Source of the DNA: the human T2T-CHM13v2.0 reference genome, Homo sapiens
Assembly (NCBI RefSeq): GCF_009914755.1
Contig: NC_060925.1
Direction: 5' to 3' (one strand)
DNA length: 64,000 nt
The notes under the pieces are model-generated. The model did not search any database and was not told the origin of the DNA. It was given only the letters and a program-made list of their open reading frames with translations. The position numbers were made by a program, and so were the translations under genes. Below, one piece after another: positions 1 through 15,439 of the stretch (the first letter of the stretch is position 1; each line of letters starts with the position of its first letter).

Positions 1-265
1 TATATGTGTACCCACATACACACGTATATATGTGTATACCCACATACACACGTGTATGTGTATACACACACGTATATATGTGTATACACACACACGTATA
101 TATGTATACACACACGTGTGTGTATATACACGTATATATGTGTATATATACACATACACACATACACACACGTGTGTGTATATACACACACATATAAGTG
201 TGTGTGTATACACACATACACACATATGTGTGTGTGTATACACACATACACACATATATATATAT
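1..265. repeat. Complex (TA/CA/TG)n alternating purine-pyrimidine microsatellite/minisatellite, truncated by window edge
   Basis: Near-continuous RY alternation with recurring ~22-30 bp units (cacacgtatatatgtgtatac); source of the spurious HTYICVY ORFs. Confidence 0.95.
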
Positions 266-2524
266 TTTCCCAGAATTCCAAAATGTACAGTATGGTTGTT
301 CTGTGAAGAAAGAAGAAACATTAACATGGATTTATTCTTTTAAAAATCTCAAACAGACTTTTAGAATTTTCTTCTCTGAAAATTTAGTTGTGTGTTTGTC
401 ATATGCTAAGACCAAAAGCATATTTTCTATGATATAGTATATCTTACGTCTTTTAAAATGTATTGTAATTGGAACCCTTTAAACATGTTGTATAGTATTA
501 GAATTGAGGTATAAGAAATTGTAATCATTCAGAAACTTTAATCTCCATTTGGTTTAAAGTTTCTTCATTATTACACAGTACTTCTATTATTTTGAGCTTA
601 TTCTTATTCCACTATTCACTGATCTCTCCATAAAAAGAGAAAGAAGGGAAAAAGGAAGGAAAAGCGAAGCTGTTCTGTCTCTTATCAACTTCAATAGAAA
701 AATCTTGTGGAGGACCACGTACAATTTTGTCTGATTTTGATGTTTTGGGATCACAATGCTTTCCCCCATTTGGTTAACTGACTGGCTCCTGAAAATACGA
801 TTTGTGCTTAATCCTTCATTCTAACTCTGTTGAGGTCCTTTACCCTAAAGGTAGATTGGAATGGAATTCTCCTTTTTCCCCATCACCCCAGATTATGTTT
901 CATTTCCCTGCTTCCAGCCAATTTCTGTCCTTGCCTCTTCCCTGTTACGTCCCACAGTCTTTTCTTGTCAGCTTCCTTCCCTTTCTCTTTTTCATAATCA
1001 TAGGAGCTGAAACTTTTGCCTTGGAGATATGTGTAATCCTGCCCCTCAATTTTGCTCCTGGCTTTTTATCAGTAATAAGGTTGAAGTGGCATCATTCTAA
1101 ATTATAACACTAATGAAATTTCTCTATAGAAATCTTGTGTATTATATATAATGGTTAAATTCTGTAGTATTGCATACACATTATGAACCAAATGGGGATT
1201 TTATATGATGACAGAGGGCCCAAGAAACATTTTTTTAATGAAAAAAATGCCATTTGTATTTCAAACAATCAAATAAAGTGATCTTGAAGAAAAACTGTAT
1301 GGAATCTAGACATTGTTGTATTACATGGCTTTTACTTTTTCACAGCACTTAGCTCCATGCAGTTGCACGTATTAACTGTACAACTAGTATTTGGTGAATG
1401 GGTGACTGAGTGAATAAAGAAATGATTGTGCAATTCATTTTTAAATATTTGATTAGTATACACTTGTAGTTTAGCACATACATAGCATTTACCCCTTCAT
1501 TTTCAAATGAATTTTATCCTTTTCCCCCCATTGTTTTTGAAAATTGAATCTTTGTGAAAATAAGGGTTAATTTAACATAATCTTACTGTAGGTTCAGGTG
1601 TTGTCATTATGAAGAAACACACAATCACAGAATAAACTAGGGAAAGGAATCTTGGTCTGTTACCTAACAATGGGATTTTTGGCATTTGAACTGTGTACTT
1701 GGTTTGACTGGAAATATTATCATTCCATTCTTGGTTTTTAATTCTGTAAAAGCAAAATTCATGCTCCTTTTCTTCTTTTACAAATGAGAGAGAAAATGAC
1801 TTGCTCTTTTTATTGCTATACAGTTGGTAAGAAGTTGCCACTCTTTCCATCTACTTCAGTCAGCTTTTCTAGTGAGGCGTACTCAGGAGCCTAGCCCTGT
1901 TGCCTATTGCTTGTCCAGCTATAGACAGAGCCCGTGGTATTGAATAATAACATATCTTACCTTTTGTCCTTGCCCAACTACTCTTAACTCAGATGTCCAG
2001 TAGAATTTGTTTTATGAAATATCTTTTTATAACCATATTCTTGGTAAAATATATGCACATGTTGAAGGATACTTGTACTATATATTATTAGGGTTGGACT
2101 GAAATGAAAGATTTCAAAGGTATTTGTTTAGGGTATTAGATCCTCCAGTGATGTATTTCTGATCATTGGATTGGGTGGTGTCCTAAGAGAAAGGCATTTT
2201 AAATAGTGTCATGTCCTAGGAAAATGTTTTGTTTAAACAGTTTACTAATGTTATTTTCTCTTTTTTTTCCAAGTTGCTCATTTTGCTTCTAATACTTCTT
2301 TTGATTGTAAATTAGGGTGCCTAATTAAATTTGAATGCCAGAGAAACAACAAATAATTTTTTTATAAGTTGCACAGGTGTCTTGTATTGTGTGAGCATCT
2401 TGTATTTATTTGCTAAATCTGGAAGCCGTACTTGAACGATTTCTGAAGTTTATAGCCAAGATGACATTAAGTCCAACATTCATTCTCTTGAAGAGTTTGT
2501 ATAAAGTACTATGGTAAAATGAGT

Positions 2525-2670
2525 ATTGCACATAAAGTCAGGCTAGTTCTGCCACTAAATAGCTTCATGACCTTTACAAAGGCACTTGACCTCTCTGGGC
2601 CTTGGGTTTGTTTTTTTTTAATCTGTAAAAATTAGAAGGTTGGATTAAATGGTTTCTAAATTCTGTAATT
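2525..2670 (+). mobile_element. MIR-family SINE fragment
   Basis: MIR core-like ...gccactaaatagcttcatgacc...cttgacctctctgggcc...atctgtaaaa. Confidence 0.55.
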
Positions 2671-3032
2671 AAAAAGATGCTCAGTTTTTCCCTTCTCGAT
2701 ATGTTAGTAAACATGAGACAAAAACAAAAGGTTGGCAAAAATAGTAAATAGTTATCATAGACTTTTCTATATGTATATTACTAGTAGATTTATGCTAACT
2801 GTATGCATGAAATATCTAGGAGTACCTTCTAGAGGATGTGGGACTTTAACAGGGCCTTAGTAGATTTCATGATACTAGGTCATAAGGAACAATATAAGTA
2901 GTGACACTAAGTCACAAGTGAAGTCACATGTGGGAATTACTGAGTGGATGAATTTGGCAGAATCAGTTTTGAAAGAGCTATGAATTCATGAGTTTGTATT
3001 CTAATACTAACTATATAGAGAATGAAGTTTAA

Positions 3033-3338
<306 letters not shown>

Positions 3339-4152
3339 AATGTTTCTCAAAGTATTAAAGATACATGTTTACTTAATGTGGCATTTGCTACTTTTTAAAA
3401 AGAAATATTTGTGAGGTATTTTGCAAGGGAGTAGGAATTAGGTGAAGGAATTACCTTTGGAGAAAAGACATCCACAGAGCTCTAATTGCTTTTCACTTTA
3501 AGGTGTATCTCAATATAGACTACACTTTCCCCCTGTGAGAGAGTAGGTAAATGCTTATACCTCTTTGCCTGATTACTTCAGCCCTTATGAATTTCTCCCT
3601 TGACTAAAATTCCTTAACAGTTACAAACTATAACCCACTTTTTTCTCCCTCAAATGCTGTTTCTTCAAATAGTACTATTTGAGAGAAGGGCTCCGAAGTA
3701 AAATACATTTGGGAAATGCTGCCTAGTCTATGCCCCTTTAAGAATGTTGCAATCCATTTCAGTACATTAAAGTCCCAGTCAAAGAGACTGTTTAGCCATT
3801 TTCCAAACATTTTTGATCTTTGAACTGTTTTATAAATGACTTTTACTAGCATCCCATAGAATTAGTGTTCTTCAGTGCACAATTTAGAAAACGGTAATTT
3901 TTAACGTATAATTTTGTACTTAAGTTGTCTATTTAATATGTATATAAATATATAAAACATTTAATGTTCAAATATAGCGCATCATTCTCAGATACATCAT
4001 TTCATTTGACTCTTAGATTTACCTCGATTTCTTTTATACCATTATTTTAGTTAACTGTGAAGACATAGCCTGTCTAAATTAGATAATTTTTGTTTTGAAT
4101 CCTACCCTTAAGATTCTGTTTTATAATTATAAATCTATCCATATGTAGCCTG

Positions 4153-4446
4153 CTTCTTCTTCTTTTTTTTTTTTTTTCCTTTTGGAGACAGGGTCTCACT
4201 CTATTGCCCAGGCTGGAATGAAGTAGCGAGATCATGGCTCACTGCAGCCTTGATCTCCTGGGCTCAAGCAATCTTCCCACCTCAGCCTCCCAACTACTTG
4301 GGACTACAGGCATGTGCCACCATGCCTATCTAATTTTTTTACTTTTTGTAGAGTCAGGGTCTCACCATGTTGCCCAGGCTGATCTCAAGCTCCTGAGCTC
4401 AAGCAGTCCGCCTGCCTTGACCTCCAAAGTGCTGGGATTACAGGCC
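4153..4446 (-). mobile_element. Alu (AluJ-like)
   Basis: polyT, gagacagggtctcact...ggctcaagcaatc...gggattacaggc. Confidence 0.9.
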
Positions 4447-4462
4447 TTTGGCCAATGTGTAG

Positions 4463-4726
<264 letters not shown>

Positions 4727-5100
4727 TAGAGTACGTCCCTGTTCTATTATTAACTCATTTATTATAGTTAAGAGAACTTGGCATTTTAAACATTTTTTTG
4801 AATTCAGAGATGGTACCATGGTTTTAATCTTTACCTAAGAGTATGATAACCATTAGATTTCTCTAACAGTTTTATAAATTAATAATCTTGTGCATTTGGA
4901 CACAAGACCCTATAAAGACTTGGATTGGTATAGATCTAATATAACTTTTAAAGAACTTTTATTTTATTTTGAAATAATTACACCCTTACAAAAAGTTGCA
5001 GGAATAGTAAAAAGAATTCTCAAACTCTGTTCAGATTCATCAGTTTTTCAACAGATTCATCAGTTTTTCAAACTGAAAATTTCCTTTATCATTCTGTCTC

Positions 5101-5118
5101 CCTCTCTCTCTCTCTCTC

Positions 5119-5160
<42 letters not shown>
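5101..5160. repeat. Compound (CT)n(CA)n microsatellite
   Basis: Directly visible. Confidence 0.95.
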
Positions 5161-5161
<1 letters not shown>

Positions 5162-5636
5162 AAATTGTTCTACCACATTTCAAAGAAGGTTGCATATATC
5201 ATGCCCCTTTACCCCTTAATACTTCAATATATATTTCCTAAGAACAAGGCAATTCATTTCCATAACGACAGTACAGGTAATTTAATGTCAGTATAATACT
5301 GTATCATTTATGTTCCCATTTTATCATTAATTTATTTCGCTGTCATATCCCTAGTCTTCTTTAAACTGAAGCAGTTCTTTAGCTTTTCTTTTCTTTGTGG
5401 CCTTGACATTTTTAAAGAATCGGGCTATTTTAATAGAATACTTCTCAATTTGGCTTTTTCTAATATTTCCTCATTATTAGATGAAGGTTGTGCTTTTCAG
5501 GCTAGAATGCTTTGTAAATTGTGTCCTTATCACAATGTAATATCCAGAGGCACATGATATCCATTTACCCCTGCTAGATAATGTTCATTTTGATCAGTTG
5601 GTTAAGATATTCTCTGGTTTCTTGACTACAGGGTTA

Positions 5637-5958
5637 CATTAGTCCTCTTTTATCCTCAGAGGATATGTTCCAAGACCCCCAGTGCATACCTGAAACCTCA
5701 GATAGTACTGTATCTACACTTTGTTTTTTCCTATACAGCAATGGGCAGGTAGCATATACAGCATGGAATGCTGGACAGAGGTATGATTCCCTTCCCAGAC
5801 TGGATGGAATAGGACAGCATGTGGTTTCATCACACTCCTCAGAACAGCATGCAATTTAAAACTTATGAGTTGTTTATTTCTGGAATTTTTCATTCATTTT
5901 CAGACAGTGACTGTGAATAACTGCAGATACAAAACTATGGGTAAGGGGGGGACAGCTA
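5637..5958 (-). mobile_element. MER44/Tigger7-like DNA transposon (MITE) nested in old L1
   Basis: ttatcc...gttccaagacccccagtg...cctgaaacc...gatagtac matches the MER44 end; degenerate TIR ggtaagggggggacagct at the other end; flanking TA. Confidence 0.6.
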
Positions 5959-7654
5959 TATTATGTTTCCGTTTGTAATAGGTAATTTGAGAGGAGTTAC
6001 TCTACCACTGTAAATAGCCTATCTTTCTTGAAAGCTTCCCCTCATCCTAGATTTAGCATTCATTGAATATACCTACCTGAATTAATTTTACTATGATAGT
6101 CACAAATTTATAATTTTCTAACCCCTTCATTTATTCCATATTTATTAGTTAGCATTCTGTTATAAGCAAGTTTTTCTTCTTCCACCCATCTACCTGTCTA
6201 TATAATATTTCTCTACTATCTGAATGAGCTTATGGATATGTAATGGGTTATAATCAGTTTTTGTCCTTATGTATTTACTTTTAAAATTATTACAGAATTA
6301 TTTTAGATTTACAGGAAAGTTTCAAAGATAGTACAACTTCACCCAGTTTTCTCTAATGTTAACATCTTACGTAATTGGAGCCCATTTGTGAACAGTAAGA
6401 AAGTAACATTGGTACATTATTATTGAGTACACTACAGACTTTATTTAGATTCTACTGGTTTTCCACTGATGTCCTTTTTAAATATTTGTCAGGTGTTTTG
6501 TAGTGTTCTTCAATTTGGGTTTGTCTGATATTTCTCATGGTTAGACTGGAGTTACAGGTTTTTTGAGAAGACTACCAGAGAGGTCATATATCATATCATA
6601 TATTGTATCACGGGGTACATGATAAGAACATGATTTAACACTAGTGATATTAACCATGATCCCTTGGTTAAGGTAGTGTTTGTCAGGTTTCTCCATTATA
6701 AATTTACTGGTTTTCCCTTCTTATTTTTGGAAGTGGGTCACCACCTCCATCCTGCACTCCAAAGGAGGGAAATTAAGCTCACTCCCTGAAAGGGAGAATA
6801 CTTGCATATACTATTGGGGATTCTTCTGTAAGGAAGATTTGTGTCTTCTTCCCCATTTATTTTTTATATTCAATCATTTATTTATATCAGTATGGACTCA
6901 TGTATACTTAATATTTTATGCTTTGAGTTACAATCTAATACTGCGTTGTTTATTTTGTTGCTCAAAATTTTACAGCATCAGCCACTGAGAGCTTTTTGGG
7001 GTTGGCTTTGGTATCTCTTGGATATGCCCCAATCCTTTTGTTTTTTGAGCACTTCCTTACTTTCTGGCACTACAGAATGCTCCAGGCTCATCTTGTTCTT
7101 TCCTTGACCTAAAATTAGCTATTTCTTTATTTTGATGCTCAAATGGTCTTAGATTTGGCCAACGGGAGTCCCTTCAGACTGACTCCTGTGCTTTTGATAT
7201 GCCCCCATTCATCCATCTCTTTTTTTTTTTTTGCCCCTCCTTATTTAATTTCTAGCTCAACAAGATGTTTCAGATTCATTTTGTAGTTTCCTTGCCATAA
7301 TCCTAAAATCAGCCATTTCTTCAGTAAGTCTTAATTCTTTTTTATGGAAAACAGTATTTAGCAACTGTAAAATCTGGGCACTAAGTGGCTCATTGCTACA
7401 GGAATATCATTACTTCTAGGCCCTATTTCAGTAGACAGAGTTCAGAAATAAAATTTTAAAAATACACAAACATGAGTTCATATATAAACCTCCAATTCCA
7501 ATCAAACTCCACAGAGTTCTTCCTGGCTTCCCCTATTCCATGCAGGACTTCCCCTTCCACAGTGAGAACTCAGGCTTCCAACAGCATTAATATATTTTAC
7601 TTATTTGCTCAGTCCTACAATACATATACAGTAGTTTCAGAATTGCTATACTCA

Positions 7655-7993
<339 letters not shown>

Positions 7994-8225
7994 CTACTAA
8001 GAAGAATTTAAGATTTGTTTGCAATTTTTTTTTAGACTAATAGTATATAGTCAAAGTACAGTGTTCTTAAGTTGTTTCCCTCTGCCCCCGCCTTCACTGT
8101 GGTTATATTATTCCTTTGAAATACATTTGTGTTAATTGGTTTCTGTATTCTTTCCATTTTAGCGATCTTTTTTGACACCATCCTTGTTAACTTTTGTTTT
8201 TTGAATATGTAGAACATTGACATAA

Positions 8226-8788
<563 letters not shown>

Positions 8789-9131
8789 AATCATTATTTC
8801 TTAAAGCAGCATAGTGCTGCCTTGTGAATATGTGCCATAGTTTCTTCAACTATGTACCTATGTGTAGGCATTTAAGTAGTTTCCAGTATCTTGCTATTGC
8901 AAATTGTGCTGCACAGAATACTGTTATATGTGGCCTTTTGTATTTTGGATATGTATTTTCAAGGTAAATTTCCTAGAAGTTGGACTGCTAGATTGAAGGG
9001 TAAATGCATACTGTATGTAGTTTTGTTAAATGTTGACGAAATCCCCTCCAAAAGAGCTTGTACCATTTTATATTCCATCAGCGATTCGGCATAACTTTTG
9101 GATCTGCAACAGCTAGGAGATTAAGTCTAAT

Positions 9132-9429
<298 letters not shown>

Positions 9430-11555
9430 TTAAATCTAACAAGTTAACAAGTCATGCAGTAACAAGTCACAGCCATGATTAACTCCCTGAAGGACCCCAA
9501 CTCTTTGAGGTCTCCAATAAAGACCACACCAAACCAATATCCTCCTGGAACGGCCTGAGAGCACCTAGAAGTAGTTCAGGAATTATCCTACCTTGCCAGA
9601 ATGTTGTAGATACCCAGAGGAAGAGTATTATTTGGAGAGTATTAATGGCAAGTCCTAAAACAACTAGCCAAAATTCAGGGTGAGCCAAACATGTATTATA
9701 AAGACAATTGAAAGGAATATTTGAAATTAGAACTATTCCAGAAAATCTGGACTGCCTAGGTTGGCCCCTTTGTCGGTAGAAACTTAATAAAAGTTTTTTC
9801 ACCTGTTATCCATGGGTTTTAAAAAACCCTTTGTTTCTTGCCTGGTGGTCCTGATAAAAAGAAAAAAAAAATCAAAAAACCTTTGTCCTCGTGGTTATTT
9901 ACATCTTAAAACAGGATTTGATGTTGCAGTTTGCCTAATTCTTCCCTGAAAACCAAAAGGATAGTTGCTGATCACTTCAGAAATGGCGTTATTCTTCAGC
10001 AAGGAACTTATGCTATGTATTTGAGCTTTTTGAAGCATACGTATATAAGTATGCATAGTATATTTATTTGTTCTTTTAGTACATTTACTCTTTAGTTAAA
10101 TTTCCTTCACACAGCCAATCTGTGGGTTTCCTTTTTCCGCCAAGAAGATTGCTGTTACCAGTTTAGATCAATGGAGGGCCAAGAGAAAGGCCAGAGCAGT
10201 CTGAATTAGTAACAAAATCCAATTATTGCATATTTTACAAGAAATATGGAATAACTTTAACCGTTAAGAGACTTCTTTGTACACCTGCTGTTAGGAATAG
10301 TCCACAATAATTTCTTGTTATCACCATTTTCTATTTAATGGGTTCTTCTAGTCTAGAAAACAAAAAAATCCTTGTTTTTAAAATTTCTGTTACAAATTGG
10401 AAACCCTGACACGTTTTCAGTGGCTTCCTGCTCTTTGGTCCTGCTCTTGTACTTTTTGTGGCTATTATAACTGCAGCTGCCAAAAACGTTCAGTTAAATG
10501 GGAGATTAAAATACATTCCACAAAATTATTGAGGCTATTCTTCCTGGTGCTATAAGAAAAATTTATTGGAAATGTTGTTTATATGTAGGAAGCTGGTATG
10601 TTTCTGATTCTTCAGGTGACATTTTTCTAATTCTTAAAGTTCTTGAAAATACCTTATTTATATTATTTTTCTGTTTATACGGAAAAACTTTCTACATAAA
10701 AATTTTGGATATGAATTTTAATTTTGGATATGAATTTTAACTCAGATTCTATTTACTTTGGTTCACTTCAACAAACATTTATTCAGAGCCAGAAGCTGTT
10801 TTAGCAGATACAAAGATAAACAAACACAAATGATTAATTCATGTTATCTGAAATTATGGGTTTATTATATTCATTTTTTTAAAGAAGAAAATTAGATTCT
10901 TTGGGACAGCCCTAGATAGTAAATTTAATAACATTTATATTCTCTTTGTGTGAGTAGTTACTTGCTTTAGACACTTACAAAAATCTTAACTGGTAACAAT
11001 TGCCAACTAGGTTTTTTTCCATTAATTAAAAGAAACTTTTTATATAGTGAAGGAAATGATCATCTTGATATATTCTACTATATTATTATTTGCTTTATAC
11101 TTGTTTTTATTGAAATTATCTTTCTACTTTGCTTTTTGGGGAATATTGCCTTGTCAGACACAGTCTACTAATACCTAAGAATTATGATTGCAAACCTAGC
11201 TGTAGAATATTTTTACTTCCCTTTTGTGATATAGATTTATTTTTTAATATGACATATGATTCCAAAACTCAGAAATAAAATTTTTTGCTGCTAAAGTATA
11301 CAGCATATTCTAGGTATCCTACAATGAATATCTGTATGGGGAGAGGAGAGAGACAGGAGAAGATAGTGGTCTTTAGCATTAGGAACTTATGTATTTTTAA
11401 CTAAAATATTTATTAACATATGAAATGTTATGAGAACTATAAACTTGGAACTCCACTATCAGAAGCTTTACTATAATTTGTTAATTGAAGATAATTCTGA
11501 TGAATTTTCCCTTTACCTTTTGCTTTCCCCTTTTTTCCCGCTGCTTCCTCTGAAG

Positions 11556-11588
11556 TCTCCTTCCAAATGGTTTTGGAAACTGGTTCCA
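11556..11588 (+). CDS. CAMSAP2: CAMSAP2 33-nt cassette microexon encoding SPSKWFWKLVP
   Basis: Long pyrimidine tract 11505-11550, tgaAG acceptor, CCA|GTAAGT donor, phase 0-0. WxWKLVP resembles the alternatively spliced insert I recall in CAMSAP1/3; +11 aa matches my recollection of 1478 vs 1489 aa isoforms. Confidence 0.85.
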
Positions 11589-11858
11589 GTAAGTTTGCTC
11601 AGCTACTTCAGTTTGCTCTCCAGAATTGTAATTGTAGAATGGTATTGTTTATGTCTTGCTGTTAAAGTCATTTCATGTAATTCTGTTAGTCATTGAATAG
11701 AGATTGGATTTTAAGGTCATGTAAAATGGAAAGATAAAAGATACAGCCAAGGTTTAGATCAGAAGTTCTAAAAATAATTTAAAGGGTAAACATCCTGTTG
11801 CTAATCTTGTCAGTATTCACAGACTATCAGTAAGTAGGTTAAAAAAAAAAAACTTATG

Positions 11859-12204
<346 letters not shown>

Positions 12205-12247
12205 TTAATTTGAATTGCATGAATAAATTGCCTGCATTTAAAAATCA

Positions 12248-12400
<153 letters not shown>

Positions 12401-12628
12401 CTAGTTCCTTTTCAGCTTGAATTATAGATGACACTTCACTTTTTGTGTGATTAAGAAAGCAGAAGGTTTTCTGTGACCTCACCAGTAGCGGACCAAAACC
12501 ATATTAAATTCTGATTTGACTTAAAGATTGATCTTTCAGATTTAAATATGGGGATGGGTGTGTTAAACCACTTAAGAACTATTTTACATCCTCGATAATA
12601 AAACTCTAATTTAGAAATATACCATAAT

Positions 12629-12960
12629 GGCCGGGTGCGGTGGCTCACGCGCATAATCCCACACTTTGAGAGGCCAAGGCAGGTGGATCCTTTGATCCCA
12701 GGAGTTTGAGACCAGCCTGGGCAACTTGGCAAAACCTCATCTCTACAAAAAATAGAAAAATGAGGCAGGCATAATGGTACACATTTGTGGTTTCACCTAC
12801 TCAAAAGGCTGAGGTGGGAGAATCACCTGAGACCAGGAGGTCGAGGCTGCAGTGAGCCATGATTGTGCCACTGCACTCCAGCCTGGGTAACAGAGTGAGA
12901 CGCTATCTCCAAAAAAAATAATAATAATAAAATAAAAATAAAACAAACAACAAAAAAAAG
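12629..12960 (+). mobile_element. Alu (AluJ-like)
   Basis: Full dimer; TSD aaatataccataatg. Confidence 0.95.
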
Positions 12961-13283
12961 GAGAAGAAAATAAATATACCATAATGTTGAAATATAAAAA
13001 TATAGGGGGTTCTTTCTAAATGCCAAACTTCTTAGTTTGCAGAAAGAAAGGGCATGTTTCCATGCAATAAGTTTATAAAGCAAATAGCATGTTCAAGTAC
13101 AAAAGACTCTTTCATGAACTGCGGATGAACCTTCTGAGTGCTGGACATAATCTCAAGATTTAAAGTTGGTTTACTTAATATATCTTCTAGAATACAATCT
13201 TTAGGAAAATGTTTTGGCATCCCATTCATAATTCTCTGTCTAGTCTAAACCATAGATACTTATTGCTAATGTCATATAAAGCT

Positions 13284-13305
13284 GTGTGTGTGTGTGTGTG
13301 TGTGC
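13284..13305. repeat. (TG)n microsatellite
   Basis: Directly visible. Confidence 0.9.
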
Positions 13306-14221
13306 ACGTGCACATACATGTGCCTGTTTGCACATACCTTGTACAAAAGTGCTACTTTGCAGGAGGGAGTAGAACAAATCACATAATTCAATTCTTTGTT
13401 GCATGACCCTGGGTGCTTGGCTTAGTCCAATTCAGGTCATAGGCTGAAAACAAACTACTAGTCCCAGCCCAATTTTGAGGATGTCCAAGAGGCAGACTGT
13501 TTTGATCCCAGATAACCAAAGAAAAGCATGTAAGGATCTGGAACAGATACTAATTGTGAGAACGGTAGCTTAAGCCTAGAAGATACCGCTGTACTGGTTG
13601 ATTTCTTTTTTCTTTCTTCCTTCCTCTTCCCTCCTCATGGTTGATTTTAAGCTGTTTCTTAGCTGCAAAGTGAGGAATTTTCTAAGAATTATGTTAAAAT
13701 CAGAATCAATTAAAGAATCCATATAGTACCTGCAAGTAATTTTTTTCTGAATATAGTTACCCCCTGAATTAGGGATGTACTCTTAAATACGGAGTCTATT
13801 ATGCACTAATTAACAAGAACCTTCAGAAATCTTTAAGAGGAAAACATGTTCCATGAATTTTGTCCTTGGGTAGCCAGTGAGAGAAATCCAGGAATAAGTA
13901 TCTCCTTCTTCATTAATGCTGATGCTTTTCTGAGAGATAGCATTGAAAAGAAATCTAACTTCACTACCAAATGTTGTGTTCTCTTTCAGTAAATTTTTAT
14001 TTTTCTATTTTTATTCTCACAAAAGTGTTTTATCTTATAATTATATTTTAATTCTAAACTATAGAGATGACCAATTTAGATGGAATTAGAAGAAAAAATA
14101 GTTTGATAACCTTAAAAAAACTACCAGTAATTTATGTTATATATTTTGCTAGCAAAATACTTTCGTGTGTACATTCACTAAATCTTCAGCATTATTTTAC
14201 TTGGCTTTAGAAGAGTTAACA

Positions 14222-14465
14222 GCTAATAATAGCTAACCTTTATTGATTGCTTGCTGTGTGCCCAGCAGGATGCATAGCACTTTGTGTCCATCATCTTACT
14301 TAATCTTCCAGTGGTTCTATGAAGTGGGTACTATTATTACGCCAGTTTACAGATGGGAAAATGAGAAATGAGAGTTTAAGTAACTTGTCCAAGATCACAA
14401 AACTAGTAAGTGGCAGAACCAGGATCTGAACCAGGATCTGAATTTGTTCTCTTAACTATTACAGC
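14222..14465 (-). mobile_element. MIR SINE
   Basis: Reverse complement of MIR core: tttacagatgggaaaatgag...aagtaacttgtccaagatcaca...ctagtaagtggcagaacc. Confidence 0.8.
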
Positions 14466-15182
14466 ATGTCTCATTTTTTAGAGATCTATTTTTAAAAATT
14501 CTATCTAGCCACACCAAACAATCTTTAGGAAACAAAGGTTTCTTCTCTTTTTCTGAGGGGGAGCAAGAACCCGTATACTTGCTCAATTATTAATGAAATC
14601 TAAGTTGGAAGGGTTTTTTTTTTTTTCACTTTCAAAGTTGTTAACTATTTGTGTTTCCTCAACATTCAGATAATAACCCAGAATGTCTTGGTGATACTAT
14701 TCCAGTTCCTCAAATTTCTTTTAAGAATAGTATATTCTTTTACCTTCCCCCTCATTTTGATAACTCTTTCTGCTTGAATAGTATTCTTGCTCTTCCCGTA
14801 TAAGAATTTTCAGTTTAAATTAAGTCTGAATTAAAGTAGATGAATTTTATTATCTTCAAAAGAGCAGAACTGATTATTTGGATACAAAGTGTTCAAAATC
14901 TGTTTTGTTATGCTTTTATACTTAAATATTTAAGCCAAATGTCAGTTAGTGTAAATTAGCAGTATGTTATATTAAGTATTGAGCTTCAAAACTATAGCTA
15001 TTGTTGCCGTGTATTTAACTTTGGTAATACCTAGCGTTATTTAGAAAAAAAGAAATATTGGTGAGTGGTCTCATTTCTCATGATTTATTTTATTACTGGT
15101 ACATTAGAATTTACAGTACTGATTTTTTTCCTATGCGTTATTTGGTACTTATTTATTTTCATGTATTTTTTTTATATCGTAG

Positions 15183-15324
15183 GCTCGTTATCGGAAAGAG
15201 CAAACATTGCTTAAGCAACTGCCTTGCATTCCATTGGTAGAAAATTTGTTGAAGGATGGGACAGATGGCTGTGCATTAGCTGCCCTTATTCATTTTTACT
15301 GTCCTGATGTTGTCAGATTAGAGG
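15183..15324 (+). CDS. CAMSAP2: CAMSAP2 coding exon (142 nt): ARYRKEQ...DGCALAALIHFYCP...RLE, CH-like domain
   Basis: tAG acceptor 15181-2, G|GTAAGT donor; CAMSAP CH motif DGxALAALIHFYCP; phase 0-1. Confidence 0.95.
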
Positions 15325-15393
15325 GTAAGTGTTCCATTGTAATACTTCTGAACTGTAGACAGATAGTAACCAATATTTAAGACAGTATTATTT

Positions 15394-15439
15394 TGCACTC
15401 CAGCCTAGGTGACTGAGTGGGACCCTGTCTCAAAAAAAA
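15394..15439 (+). mobile_element. Severely 5'-truncated Alu (last ~45 nt)
   Basis: tgcactccagcctaggtgac...ctgtctc+A8; TSD aagaca(g/a)tattattt. Confidence 0.85.

Noticed and set aside
4-437. Four overlapping His/Thr/Tyr/Val/Cys-rich ORFs
   Set aside because: Translation of an RY dinucleotide repeat that cannot easily form stop codons
11430-11696. 88-aa ORF spanning the microexon
   Set aside because: Only the 11 codons between the splice sites look coding; the flanks are pyrimidine tract and intron
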